Source: an uncultured Gammaproteobacteria bacterium | GTDB lineage: Bacteria > Patescibacteriota > Microgenomatia > UBA8517 | DNA: 64,000 nucleotides | Direction of reading: 5' to 3' | Assembly (NCBI GenBank): GCA_964502815.1 | Contig: CAZCXV010000005.1 | Location: 2,706-66,705 of the forward strand | Shown here: positions 19,134 to 28,853 of the stretch, one piece after another | How positions within the stretch are numbered: position 1 is the first letter of the stretch | Layout: each line of letters opens with the position of its first letter | Position numbers and translations under genes: made by a program | Notes under the pieces: generated by a model | The model's input: the letters and a program-made list of their open reading frames with translations, nothing else | The model's database searches: none | Told to the model about the DNA's origin: nothing

Positions 19134-21599
19134 ATGCAAGACTCAAGTAAATATAATCATACAGTCATTGAAAAGAAATGGCAAGCCAAGTGGCGTGAAA
19201 CAAAGCTCTATAATCCAGACATTCTTCACACACAAAGAAAGAGTAAATTTTACAATCTCTGGATGTTTCCATATCCTTCTGCAGAAGGATTACATGCAGG
19301 CCATGCTTTTGCTTCAACTGGATCAGATATTGCTGGAAGATTCCAAAGAATGCATGCTAAAACCGTTTTTCAGCCAATAGGTTACGACTCCTTTGGAATT
19401 CATACCGAGAATTTTGCAATTAAGATTGGTGAGACTCCCCAAAAACTATTGGCACGAGCAACTATACACTATGAACAACAATTTAGAAGTATGGGTCATG
19501 GTTATGATTGGACAAGGACTGTAGCCACACATGAGAAGGATTACTACAAATGGACGCAGTGGCTATTTGTTAAGCTATTTAAAGCAGGATTGGCTTACAA
19601 AAAGAAAGCTTTTGTTAACTGGTGTCCTTCCTGTAAAACAGTTCTGTCTGACGAGCAAGTTGTTACTCCCGCTCAGGCAGGTAAGTTTCCACTAGGCTAC
19701 AGCTCCACAGAAGAGGTTCCAGAGGGTATTCGCGTCTGTGAGCGATGTGGTAGTATTCCTGAAAGAAAAGAACTGTCGCAGTGGTTTTTTAGAATTACTA
19801 AATATGCAGACAGACTTTTAGACAATCTTCCCAAGATAGATTGGACAGAAAAAGTCAAAGTGGCTCAGAAAGAATGGATTGGCCGGTCTGAAGGCGCCAA
19901 TGTTAAATTTGACTTAAAAGGGAAAAATCTAAATCTGGAAGTATTTACTACTAGACTTGACACAATTGATGGGGTAACGTTTTTGGTTCTGGCTCCAGAG
20001 AAAGTTGATAGTTTATTGGAAATCATACCTGCAAGTAATTTGAAGAATGTATCTAAATACATTAAAGACTCACTAAATAAATCAGAACAGCAAAGAAAAA
20101 GGGGAGAAAAAGAAAAAACTGGCGTAAATACTGGTCTTCTGGCGATAAATCCCTCTAATTTACAAGAAATCCCTGTTTGGATAGCCGACTATGTTCTTAT
20201 GGATTATGGAACAGGGGTAGTTATGGGTGTGCCTTATTTTGATGATCGAGATAAAGCTTTTGCAGAAAAATTTAGTTTGCCAATTCAGAAAATTAAGCTG
20301 AATAAAGAGATTATAAATGCTAAAAAAATCTGGTTTAAGAAAAAGGTACACTACCATTTGCGGGATTGGTTAATATCAAGACAAAGATATTGGGGGCCGC
20401 CTATTCCAATGATCCATTGCAAAAAGTGTGCGTCTGCAGGTAAGTCTTTCTTTGACCTTCAGAGCGTTACCTTGAAGGTGGAGCAAACAGATTGGAAACA
20501 TGCTGGCTGGTATCCTGAAGAAAATTTGCCTGTAGTATTGCCTGAAATATCAGATTATCAACCGGAAGGAAATGGTAAGGGGCCACTGGCTAATCACCCT
20601 GATTTCTATAAAGTAAACTGCCCAAATTGTGGAGGGGAAGCGGAGCGGGAAACTGACGTTTCAGACACTTTTGTTGATTCTTCCTGGTATTTTCTGCGCT
20701 ATCCAAGTGTAGATGCAGAGAGCAGTAGTAAGATGTCTTTTGATAACAAAATCACTAAGTCTTGGCTGCCTGTAGACTTATACTTTGGGGGAGCAGAACA
20801 CTCGGTACTTCATTTAATGTATGCCAGATTTGTGACGATGGTTTTGTCTGACTTGAAACTTATTGATTTTGAAGAACCTTTCCCAAGGTTTTATGCTCAC
20901 GGCTTAATGATTAAAGACGGTGCCAAGATGAGTAAATCCCGGGGTAATGTAGTCAACCCAGACGAATACATCGAAAAGTTTGGCGCAGATACCCTAAGGC
21001 TTTATTTGATGTTTATGGGGCCTATGGATGGCTTTCCTGACTTTAGGGATACAGGTATGGAAGGTATGCAAAGGTTTGTTAATAAACTTGCAAATATCTT
21101 TTCCCAGACACATGTGGACAAAGAAGATGGTGAGCTAACTGCTAAACTGCATCAAACTATAAAAAAAGTTACTAAAGATGTCGCCAGCTTTAACTACAAC
21201 ACTGCAATTTCAAGCTTGATGGAGTATGTAAATCATCTAAACACCAAAAAGAACTATTCAAAAATGTATTTGCTGCCTTTAGCTCAAATGATTGCACCGT
21301 TTGCACCACACTTAGCAGAAGAAGCCTGGGAACAACTAGGCCAAAACTATTCCATTCACACTTCAGCTTGGCCAGATTACCAGGAAGAGCTGACAAAACC
21401 AGCTGAACTAACAGTGATAGTTCAGGTGGATGGCAAAGTAAGATCGCAGTTGCAAGTAGCAAGCGGGCAAGTGGAAAATAAAAATGAAGTTCTTGCACGA
21501 GCAAAAGATATTAAGAGCATTAAAAAATATCTTGAAGGGGCTAAGATAGCCAAAGAAATCTATGTTCCCGGAAAAGTTATCAATTTTGTTACAAAGTGA
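19134..21599 (+). CDS. leuS: Leucine--tRNA ligase
   Basis: MFPYPS.EGLHAGH, LRDWLISRQRYWG, GGAEH, KMSKS. Confidence 0.97.
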   Translation: MQDSSKYNHTVIEKKWQAKWRETKLYNPDILHTQRKSKFYNLWMFPYPSAEGLHAGHAFASTGSDIAGRFQRMHAKTVFQPIGYDSFGIHTENFAIKIGETPQKLLARATIHYEQQFRSMGHGYDWTRTVATHEKDYYKWTQWLFVKLFKAGLAYKKKAFVNWCPSCKTVLSDEQVVTPAQAGKFPLGYSSTEEVPEGIRVCERCGSIPERKELSQWFFRITKYADRLLDNLPKIDWTEKVKVAQKEWIGRSEGANVKFDLKGKNLNLEVFTTRLDTIDGVTFLVLAPEKVDSLLEIIPASNLKNVSKYIKDSLNKSEQQRKRGEKEKTGVNTGLLAINPSNLQEIPVWIADYVLMDYGTGVVMGVPYFDDRDKAFAEKFSLPIQKIKLNKEIINAKKIWFKKKVHYHLRDWLISRQRYWGPPIPMIHCKKCASAGKSFFDLQSVTLKVEQTDWKHAGWYPEENLPVVLPEISDYQPEGNGKGPLANHPDFYKVNCPNCGGEAERETDVSDTFVDSSWYFLRYPSVDAESSSKMSFDNKITKSWLPVDLYFGGAEHSVLHLMYARFVTMVLSDLKLIDFEEPFPRFYAHGLMIKDGAKMSKSRGNVVNPDEYIEKFGADTLRLYLMFMGPMDGFPDFRDTGMEGMQRFVNKLANIFSQTHVDKEDGELTAKLHQTIKKVTKDVASFNYNTAISSLMEYVNHLNTKKNYSKMYLLPLAQMIAPFAPHLAEEAWEQLGQNYSIHTSAWPDYQEELTKPAELTVIVQVDGKVRSQLQVASGQVENKNEVLARAKDIKSIKKYLEGAKIAKEIYVPGKVINFVTK
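20455..20479. repeat. 25-bp palindromic REP-like element, degenerate copy, in frame in leuS (LQSVTLK)
   Basis: ACCTTCAGAGCGTTACCTTGAAGGT; 4 mismatches to the perfect copies. Confidence 0.7.
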
Positions 21600-22206
21600 T
21601 GAGAAGTTGGCTGGCTTTGCCAAAAAAGGCTGGCTATTTCTTTTGCCCTTGGTTGGTTTACTCCTAATAGGTTTTGGAATTCTGGCTGCTAAAGTTTCTC
21701 TAACTCCTTTAGAAAAAGTGGAGATAATAAGCCCCTCAACACTTCCTGAAAATTTTTCAGAAATCATTGTAGAAGTTACAGGGGAGGTCAATAAACCTGG
21801 AGTATACCACTTACCAAAAGATTCCAGAATTGAAGATCTGCTTTTCAAAGGGGATGGGTTTACCAAAGACGCTGATAGTAAATGGATTACCAAGAATTTA
21901 AATCGGGCGGCAAAACTTGTTGACGGGCAAAAGTTGTATATCCCTAATCAGTCGGAAGTCTTGAGTGCCAGCGTTGTAACTACGGGGTCGACTACATCAA
22001 ACAGTATCATTGGCAATTCTGCAACAAACATCAATATTAACTCTGCAAGCAAAGAACAGTTGGAATCTTTGTCAGGAATAGGCCCTGTTTACGCCCAAAA
22101 GATAATTGACAACAGACCTTACTCAGATATCTCTGAACTGACTTCCAAAAGAATAATTCCTCAAAAAACCTTCGACAAGATAAAAGACCAGATTTCTGTT
22201 TACTGA
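21562..22206 (+). CDS. comEA: Competence protein ComEA
   Basis: TM, SLBB domain (V.GEV.KPGVY.L), LN.A.KL.DGQK, HhH ININSAS..LESLSGIGP; start codon uncertain. Confidence 0.9.
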   Translation: MFPEKLSILLQSDEKLAGFAKKGWLFLLPLVGLLLIGFGILAAKVSLTPLEKVEIISPSTLPENFSEIIVEVTGEVNKPGVYHLPKDSRIEDLLFKGDGFTKDADSKWITKNLNRAAKLVDGQKLYIPNQSEVLSASVVTTGSTTSNSIIGNSATNININSASKEQLESLSGIGPVYAQKIIDNRPYSDISELTSKRIIPQKTFDKIKDQISVY

Positions 22207-23270
22207 TGAAAATACGCTATCTTTTTTGGCTTGTCTTAATATCCATTTTTGCTGTCAGATATGTTTACACTAGACCAGTTTATAAAGATGGGGATAGAGT
22301 AAGAATTACAACTAGCGTTAGGTCTGAACCATTAAGATATCCTAATTCCCAATACTTAAAAATATCAGGGTTAAAAACATATTTACCTATATTCCCTGAA
22401 CTTTCGTATGGTGACAATATAATTGTTGAAGGAACAGTTGATAACCAAAAGGGAAGGCTTAAAAATCCAAGTCTTTTAAACGTCCATAAAAGTACTAATT
22501 TATTGTATCACTTTAGACAAAGGCTAATTAACTTTTATAAGTCTTCTCTTCCCCAACCACATTCTTCATTAATTGCCGGGGTTGTTATTGGCGCCAAACA
22601 AAATCTCCCTCCAGATTTTTGGCAAAGTTTGAAAAACAAAGGTCTGGCTCATGTTGTCGTGGCGTCGGGAATGAACATTACTTTAGTGGGAGGATTTCTC
22701 TTAAACTCAACTCTTCCAGCCTTTGGCAGAAAAAAAGCTTTGACGATAGCAGTAGCGGGAATCTGGACCTACGCGTTTGTCTCAGGTTTTGATGCCCCGA
22801 TAGTCAGAGCTGCCATTATGGGAACAATTGCCTTTACGGCTCAACAGTTTGGCAGGGTTAATCTACCTTTAAGGGCTCTGTTTTTGACAGCTTTCTTAAT
22901 GCTTATAGTAAATCCCAGTTGGATATTAGACTTTGGTTTCATTCTTTCGTTTACGGCGACGCTGTCATTGATACTGTTTCAGACTAAAGTTGGTAGATTG
23001 ATATATTTTGTACCAGAATTTTTGAGACAAGATTTGGCGACTACCTTGGCAGCCCAAATAGGAGTTGCTCCAATTTTGTATTTTGCTTTTGGCCAACTGA
23101 ACTTTTTGTCGCCAGTTTATAACCTCCTTGTTCTTTGGACAATTCCTTTAATAACAATATTTGGCTTTATGGGAGGACTAATAGGCTTGATTGTTCCAGA
23201 GGTTGGTAGATTGATACTATTTGTTGTATATCCTTTGACTTCTTGGTTTGTCTTAGTTACAACTAAGTAA
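22206..23270 (+). CDS. comEC: ComEC/Rec2 competence (membrane) domain
   Basis: GLAHVVVASGMN, PIVRAAIM, DFGFILSF motifs; multiple TMs. Confidence 0.9.
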   Translation: MKIRYLFWLVLISIFAVRYVYTRPVYKDGDRVRITTSVRSEPLRYPNSQYLKISGLKTYLPIFPELSYGDNIIVEGTVDNQKGRLKNPSLLNVHKSTNLLYHFRQRLINFYKSSLPQPHSSLIAGVVIGAKQNLPPDFWQSLKNKGLAHVVVASGMNITLVGGFLLNSTLPAFGRKKALTIAVAGIWTYAFVSGFDAPIVRAAIMGTIAFTAQQFGRVNLPLRALFLTAFLMLIVNPSWILDFGFILSFTATLSLILFQTKVGRLIYFVPEFLRQDLATTLAAQIGVAPILYFAFGQLNFLSPVYNLLVLWTIPLITIFGFMGGLIGLIVPEVGRLILFVVYPLTSWFVLVTTK

Positions 23271-23297
23271 GTATTTTGTTGTTAGTAAATAAATAAA

Positions 23298-24149
23298 ATG
23301 AAAATATTTAAAAATTTCGCCGTTTTGTTATTACTTCTTAACGCAACTGTGTGGATTTCGGTATTTGCCTTTCCAAACGACAAACTCCAGCTAATTGCTT
23401 GCGATGTAGGACAAGGGGATGCAATTCTTATTAACTACAAAAGCTTTCAGATATTAACAGATGGAGGACCTGATAATTCTGTATCAAATTGTTTGTCAAA
23501 ATATATGCCTTTTTGGGATAGGACAATTGAAGTAGTTATTTTGACAAATCCAGACAAAGATCACTACCAAGGACTTATTGATGTCCTAAAAACTTACAAA
23601 GTGGAAAACTATATTGAAAGCTATTTACCAGATAGCACTCAAGGATACAAAGTGCTACAAGATACAGTAGGGAGTAGTGGTACTAAGGTGTTAAAACCCC
23701 AAAAAGGCACAAGTATCAGGTATGGTTTGATGTCTTTAGATATAATTTACCCAGAAGGTAGTGTAAAAACTGATTTTAAAAGTCCTCAAAACAACAATTC
23801 AACTGTTACAGTTCTTATATTTGGAGATTTTAAGGCCATATTTACCGGAGATATTGAAGAGGAAGCCTCAGATTATATGGCTCAATATATTAACATTGGA
23901 AAGGTAGACTATATCAAAGTAGCACATCACGGAAGTAAGAATGGAATTACTAAGAGCCTGTTAGAACAATTAAGGCCAAAAATTGCGGTTATCTCTGCGG
24001 GGAAAAAGAATAGTTATGGCCATCCCCACAAAGAAGTCCTAGATATGCTTCAAGAATACCAAGTAAAAATCTATGGCACCTATGACAATGGAGATATAAT
24101 ATTTACAACAGACGGAAAGACTTATCAGAAAGATAAATTTCCATATTGA
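23298..24149 (+). CDS. ComEC-type metallo-beta-lactamase-fold nuclease, separate gene
   Basis: DVGQGDA, TNPDKDH, FTGD, KVAHHGS, NSYGHP. Confidence 0.9.
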   Translation: MKIFKNFAVLLLLLNATVWISVFAFPNDKLQLIACDVGQGDAILINYKSFQILTDGGPDNSVSNCLSKYMPFWDRTIEVVILTNPDKDHYQGLIDVLKTYKVENYIESYLPDSTQGYKVLQDTVGSSGTKVLKPQKGTSIRYGLMSLDIIYPEGSVKTDFKSPQNNNSTVTVLIFGDFKAIFTGDIEEEASDYMAQYINIGKVDYIKVAHHGSKNGITKSLLEQLRPKIAVISAGKKNSYGHPHKEVLDMLQEYQVKIYGTYDNGDIIFTTDGKTYQKDKFPY

Positions 24150-24172
24150 GCAAGAAAGATATAAAATTGGCT

Positions 24173-25864
24173 ATGGTTAGGGGTCAACTACTAAAAGTAC
24201 TTAAAGATTTATCTGGGGAAAAGGAAATTCATCTAGAGTTTCCGGAGCGCCAGGAGCATGGGGATTATACAACCAACATAGCTATGATAATGGCAAAAAA
24301 GGAAGATAAAAACCCTAGAGAATATGCCCAAGAACTAGTCAAAAAGTTATCACAAGTTGCTAGTTTGATGGCATTTGTTTCAAAAATAGAAATGGCCGGC
24401 CCAGGCTTTATTAATTTCTTTTTGCAGGAAGAATATATAGTAAAAAAGATAGTAGAAATTGATGAGACTTATGGAACTTCAATTGAAAACGAAGGAAAAG
24501 AGGTTATTGTTGAGTACAGCTCTCCCAATATCGCCAAACCTTTTGGAGTGGGACACCTAAGATCAACCATTATTGGCGATTGCATAGCTAACCTTCTGGA
24601 AGCTACTGGCTGGAAAGTTTACCGCGACAATCATTTGGGAGATTGGGGTACTCAGTTTGGCAAGCAAATCTATGCGATTAAGGCTTGGGGCAATGAAGAG
24701 GATTTGGATAAATCAACAAAACCAATTAAGGATTTAGTAGCTTTGTACGTCAAATTCCACGAAGAAGCCCAAAAAGATCCTTCTTTGGAAGAAGGGGCCA
24801 GAAAATGGTTCAAGAAACTTGAAGAAGGCGATAGTGAAGCCAAAAGGTTGTGGAAAAAATGCATAGACTGGTCTTTTAAGGAATTCTCCAAGCTTTACCA
24901 GAAGCTTGGGGTTAGTTTTACTGAAAATAACGGCTTGGGGTATGGTGAATCTTACTTTGAAGATAAAATGCAACCTATTATTATTGAACTCCAAGAAAAA
25001 GGGTTCCTAAAAGAAAGTCAGGGGGCAAAGCTATTATTTTTCCCCAAAGACAAATATCCACCATTAATGATTCTCAAAAAAGACGGTGCAACACTTTATG
25101 CAACCAGAGATTTAGCAACAGACAAATTTAGACTTGAAAAATATGGCAAAGACATCTTGGTTATTAACGAAGTTGGTGGAGAACAAAGCCTTTATTGGAA
25201 ACAAGTATTTGAGACTGAATACCTACTAGGGTGGTATAAAAAAGGGCAAAGAATCCATATTGGCCATGGGATGATTAGACTGAAGACTGGCAAAATGTCG
25301 ACCAGAAAAGGGACAACAATCCTTTTGGAAGACATCTTAGACGAAGCTGTCAAGCGTGCAACAACTTTGGCTAAGGACGGACAGATTGAAAATTTAAACA
25401 AAGTTTCCCAGCAAGTAGGAATGGGAGCAATAAAATGGAATGATTTAAAAAGAGATTATAAACAAGATATTCTTTTTGATTGGGACGAGATTTTGAATAT
25501 GCAAGGTAACTCTGGTCCATATATTCAGTACACCTATGCCAGAACCCAAAGTATTTTGGCAAAATCTACCCTTCAGGGTGTCACCCTGCAGGAGACAGAG
25601 GGTCTTGAAGCCGAAGAACTATCGGTCGCAAAACATCTAGTTAAGTTCCCAGAAATTGTAAGCTTTGCAGCAATTAATTACTCACCAAATCTGCTTTGTA
25701 ATTATCTTTTTGAACTGGCTCAAAAATTCAATACTTTCTATAATAAACATAAAGTTATAGGTAGCCAGAAAGAGGAGTATAGACTACTTCTGACGAAAGC
25801 CACAGGTCAAGTTCTTAAAAACGGTCTTAACTTACTTGGCATTGAAACCCCAAAAAGAATGTAA
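24173..25864 (+). CDS. argS: Arginine--tRNA ligase
   Basis: HGDY.TN.A, GPGFINF, EYSSPNIAKP..VGHLRST, DWGTQFG, KMSTRKG, GPYIQY; start could be TTG 24146. Confidence 0.96.
   Translation: MVRGQLLKVLKDLSGEKEIHLEFPERQEHGDYTTNIAMIMAKKEDKNPREYAQELVKKLSQVASLMAFVSKIEMAGPGFINFFLQEEYIVKKIVEIDETYGTSIENEGKEVIVEYSSPNIAKPFGVGHLRSTIIGDCIANLLEATGWKVYRDNHLGDWGTQFGKQIYAIKAWGNEEDLDKSTKPIKDLVALYVKFHEEAQKDPSLEEGARKWFKKLEEGDSEAKRLWKKCIDWSFKEFSKLYQKLGVSFTENNGLGYGESYFEDKMQPIIIELQEKGFLKESQGAKLLFFPKDKYPPLMILKKDGATLYATRDLATDKFRLEKYGKDILVINEVGGEQSLYWKQVFETEYLLGWYKKGQRIHIGHGMIRLKTGKMSTRKGTTILLEDILDEAVKRATTLAKDGQIENLNKVSQQVGMGAIKWNDLKRDYKQDILFDWDEILNMQGNSGPYIQYTYARTQSILAKSTLQGVTLQETEGLEAEELSVAKHLVKFPEIVSFAAINYSPNLLCNYLFELAQKFNTFYNKHKVIGSQKEEYRLLLTKATGQVLKNGLNLLGIETPKRM
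25569..25593. repeat. 25-bp palindromic REP-like element, in frame in argS (LQGVTLQ)
   Basis: CCCTTCAGGGTGTCACCCTGCAGGA; compensatory G8-C18 pair. Confidence 0.75.
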
Positions 25865-25888
25865 CCTTCAAGGTGTCACCTTGAAGGT
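25864..25888. repeat. 25-bp perfect palindrome at the convergent argS/DUF1003 junction
   Basis: ACCTTCAAGGTG-T-CACCTTGAAGGT; supplies the stop codon of the minus-strand gene. Confidence 0.85.
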
Positions 25889-26443
25889 GTTTTCGATTTC
25901 CTTAGCCACTTTTTTAACAGGTTGAGTGACAATAGTATTAAAGGTATGTGTTTTAGGCGGGGCAAGTTGCTTTTCCAGCTGTCTTTCAATGTAGGAGGCG
26001 TCAAGATCTTTAATCATATCTTCAAGTTCAGGATCATTCATTAAAATCTTGTGATGTCTATTCAAGTCATGCAACAGCCTTAAAATTTTGGTAATTTCTT
26101 TCTCTGAAATAAGGTTTATCTGTAGATGTAGTTCCTCCCGAAGGGTGGAAACATAACTTTGCCTGTTTTGAGCGATAAGGACGATGATCGTCAAAAATAT
26201 AGCCTCCAAGGAAACTATGGTCGTCAGCATAGTAAAAGGATAGTGATCAAAAATAGGAAGAGGGGTTAAACCTGTATTTATAACAATCCAACTGCTAAAA
26301 AAAAGGGCATTAATGATAAAAAACTCAATACTGCCAAAAAAGGAAGCTACTTGGTCGGCAAATTTTAGAAACCAATTTCTTGTTTTGAGTTCCTTAGCTT
26401 CAAAGCTTTTAATCAATCTGTAGGTTGAGTGAGTATTAGACAT
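25868..26443 (-). CDS. DUF1003 family membrane protein
   Basis: FFGS..FF, FD.YPF..L..IVSLEAIFL..IVLI.QNRQ. Confidence 0.85.
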   Translation of the reverse strand: MSNTHSTYRLIKSFEAKELKTRNWFLKFADQVASFFGSIEFFIINALFFSSWIVINTGLTPLPIFDHYPFTMLTTIVSLEAIFLTIIVLIAQNRQSYVSTLREELHLQINLISEKEITKILRLLHDLNRHHKILMNDPELEDMIKDLDASYIERQLEKQLAPPKTHTFNTIVTQPVKKVAKEIENTFKVTP

Positions 26444-26485
26444 GCCTCTAATATAATATTAACTCTTTTGGTATAATTTACAAAT

Positions 26486-27772
26486 ATGGAATGTAAATTA
26501 GCAGAGCTTGCAAATAGACTGAGGGTTATTACCGTTCCCATGCCATCACTTGAGTCAGCAACTGTTACTGTTTGGGTGGGGACTGGTTCCAGGTATGAAA
26601 CTCAAAAGATTTCGGGCATCAGCCATTTTTTGGAGCATATGGTTTTTAAAGGCAGCAAAAGAAGGCCTTCTGCCAGGGAAATTGCCGAAGCCGTGGATAG
26701 CATTGGCGGAGAGTTTAATGCCGGGACTTCTAAGGATTGGACTAACTTCTATATTAGAAGCAGATCTGCCAGTCTTGAGACAGCCTTTGATGTTCTTTCC
26801 GATATGGTTTTGGCTCCGCTTCTCAAAAAAGATGATATTGAAAGGGAGAAGGGAGTAATAGTTGAAGAAATTGCTATGTATGAGGATACGCCAATGCAGA
26901 ACATTGGCAATATCTTTGAGCAGCTAATTTTTTCTGGCAACCCTCTGGGAATGGATATTGCTGGGGACAAAAAAACAGTCAGAAGTTTAACTAGGCAGGA
27001 TTTCGTAGATTATCGAAATAGTCATTATCACCCGGACAATATTGTCTTGACTGTTTCTGGAGGGATAAGTCAAAAGCAAGTATTTAAGCTGGCAGAAAAA
27101 TACTTTGGCAGTCTGGAGGAGACAAAAAAGCAAAAGACGAATGATTTTAAAAAATTTAGTCACAAACAAGATAAGCCAGAAGTAAAACTCAAAACCAAGA
27201 CTAATTCAGAACAAGGTCATTTTATTTTGGGCTTTAGAGGGCTTCCTAGGGGTCACAAAGACAGATTTGCAGAAGGAGTGCTGTCTTCCATTTTGGGTGG
27301 AGGCATGTCAAGCCGGATGTTCACTGAGATCAGAGAGAAAAGGGGACTAGCATATGCTGTACACTCAGACGCTGAGCATTACGGCGACACTGGCTACTTT
27401 GGCATCTATGCGGGAGTATTGGTAACAAAGATTGAGGATGCTATAAAAGTAATCTTAGAGGAGACAGACAAGTTCGCATTGGGCAAGGCAGATTTGACGG
27501 ATCAGGAACTATCTAAAGCTAAAGAATATATTAGAGGACATATGGCATTGGTATTAGAAAACACCAAGGCAGTGAATTCTTTTTTTGGCATGAAGGAGCT
27601 TTTAGAAGAAAAACAAGAGACTCCTGAGGAAGTATTTGAGAGTATTGCCAAAGTCACCAAGGAAGATGTCTACAATATTGCCAAAAAGCTCTTCAAGAAA
27701 GATAGCTTGAACCTAGGTATAATTGGCCCCTACAAAGATCAAGACAAGTTTGCTAAAATGCTACTAAACTAA
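26486..27772 (+). CDS. M16 family zinc metallopeptidase
   Basis: GSRYE..GISHFLEHMVFKG (HxxEH), LGGGMSSRMF.EIREKRGLAY. Confidence 0.95.
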   Translation: MECKLAELANRLRVITVPMPSLESATVTVWVGTGSRYETQKISGISHFLEHMVFKGSKRRPSAREIAEAVDSIGGEFNAGTSKDWTNFYIRSRSASLETAFDVLSDMVLAPLLKKDDIEREKGVIVEEIAMYEDTPMQNIGNIFEQLIFSGNPLGMDIAGDKKTVRSLTRQDFVDYRNSHYHPDNIVLTVSGGISQKQVFKLAEKYFGSLEETKKQKTNDFKKFSHKQDKPEVKLKTKTNSEQGHFILGFRGLPRGHKDRFAEGVLSSILGGGMSSRMFTEIREKRGLAYAVHSDAEHYGDTGYFGIYAGVLVTKIEDAIKVILEETDKFALGKADLTDQELSKAKEYIRGHMALVLENTKAVNSFFGMKELLEEKQETPEEVFESIAKVTKEDVYNIAKKLFKKDSLNLGIIGPYKDQDKFAKMLLN

Positions 27773-27774
27773 AT

Positions 27775-28239
27775 ATGGAACAAACCTGCGTGCTTCTAAA
27801 ACCTGACTCACTCCAGAGAGGGCTTGTTGGTGAAATAATTCACCGCTTTGAAAGAAAAGGTCTAAAGCTTAAGGCCATAAAAATGATGACCATGTCAGAA
27901 GAGCTTATCAATAATTGGTATGCTCATCACCGAGAAAAAGATTTTTTTAAAGATATCCAAAGATTTATGACCTCAACACCTATTGTTGCAATGATTTGGG
28001 AAGGTGTTGGAGCAATTGCTGCAGTCAGAAAGATTGTGGGTGTAACTAAAGGCAGAGAAGCAGAAGGTGGATCTATTAGAGGAGATTTTGGCATGAGCGG
28101 ATCCCAGAATCTTATACACGCTTCAGACTCACAAGAATCAGCCAGAAAGGAAATTGGTTTAATTTTTGCAAAAGAGGAAATATTTAATTACCAAAGCGCA
28201 GTTGATTGTCTTATTTATAGCCCGAAAGAAATAGTTTAA
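27775..28239 (+). CDS. ndk: Nucleoside diphosphate kinase
   Basis: LKPD..QRGLVGEII.RFE.KG, GSIRGDF, NLIHASDS. Confidence 0.97.
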   Translation: MEQTCVLLKPDSLQRGLVGEIIHRFERKGLKLKAIKMMTMSEELINNWYAHHREKDFFKDIQRFMTSTPIVAMIWEGVGAIAAVRKIVGVTKGREAEGGSIRGDFGMSGSQNLIHASDSQESARKEIGLIFAKEEIFNYQSAVDCLIYSPKEIV

Positions 28240-28853
28240 TCTTCCACTTCTCGTTCTCGAAGCATCTCTTTTTGAAACTCCTCGGTAATTAAGGTTGTAG
28301 TTTGGCTAAAGATATCTGTATATAAGTCACTGTTTTTTTGGAAACCACTAACAATATTTTTAACCAGTAGTCCACTAATAATGATTAAAGAAACCAGTGT
28401 CAAAGCTCCTACAATAGCTTGTGCAGGCCTTTTGACTATTACAACAGTACTTGCTGCCATATCATGCCAAGTCTGTTGATTTGGGTCTCTCAACATCCAC
28501 CAAAAACCCAGGCCAAAAAGAGGAGATGAAATAAATTTGGCAATAAACTCTCTAAAGAAGGCCTTCTTGAAAGTTAACCTATGGCCATCTAAATCACTAA
28601 TTTCAATTCCAGTCAAAAGTTTACCTATAGATCCGCCAAATTGGGAAACAAGGTAGGCTTGTAAAAGAGCAATAAGTGTTCCTGATAGGAAAAGAAATAC
28701 TAAAATATTTAATACCGAATTAAATATTTGAGGGAGGTCGGTGGCAGATGCAATACCGACAAGTAAAAGCAAATAAAGAGTACTTCTAACCAAAAACTCA
28801 ATTAGGTGAGCTATGACTCTTAAAGCTGGTGAAGCATATTTTTTGCTGTCCAT
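28236..28853 (-). CDS. RDD family membrane protein
   Basis: YA...R..A, G.SIGK...GI, Q.WHD..A.T.V. Confidence 0.85.
   Translation of the reverse strand: MDSKKYASPALRVIAHLIEFLVRSTLYLLLLVGIASATDLPQIFNSVLNILVFLFLSGTLIALLQAYLVSQFGGSIGKLLTGIEISDLDGHRLTFKKAFFREFIAKFISSPLFGLGFWWMLRDPNQQTWHDMAASTVVIVKRPAQAIVGALTLVSLIIISGLLVKNIVSGFQKNSDLYTDIFSQTTTLITEEFQKEMLREREVED

Noticed and set aside
18991-19380. 129-aa ORF or T-box leader upstream of leuS
   Set aside because: Overlaps leuS out of frame; no T-box consensus or terminator/antiterminator seen
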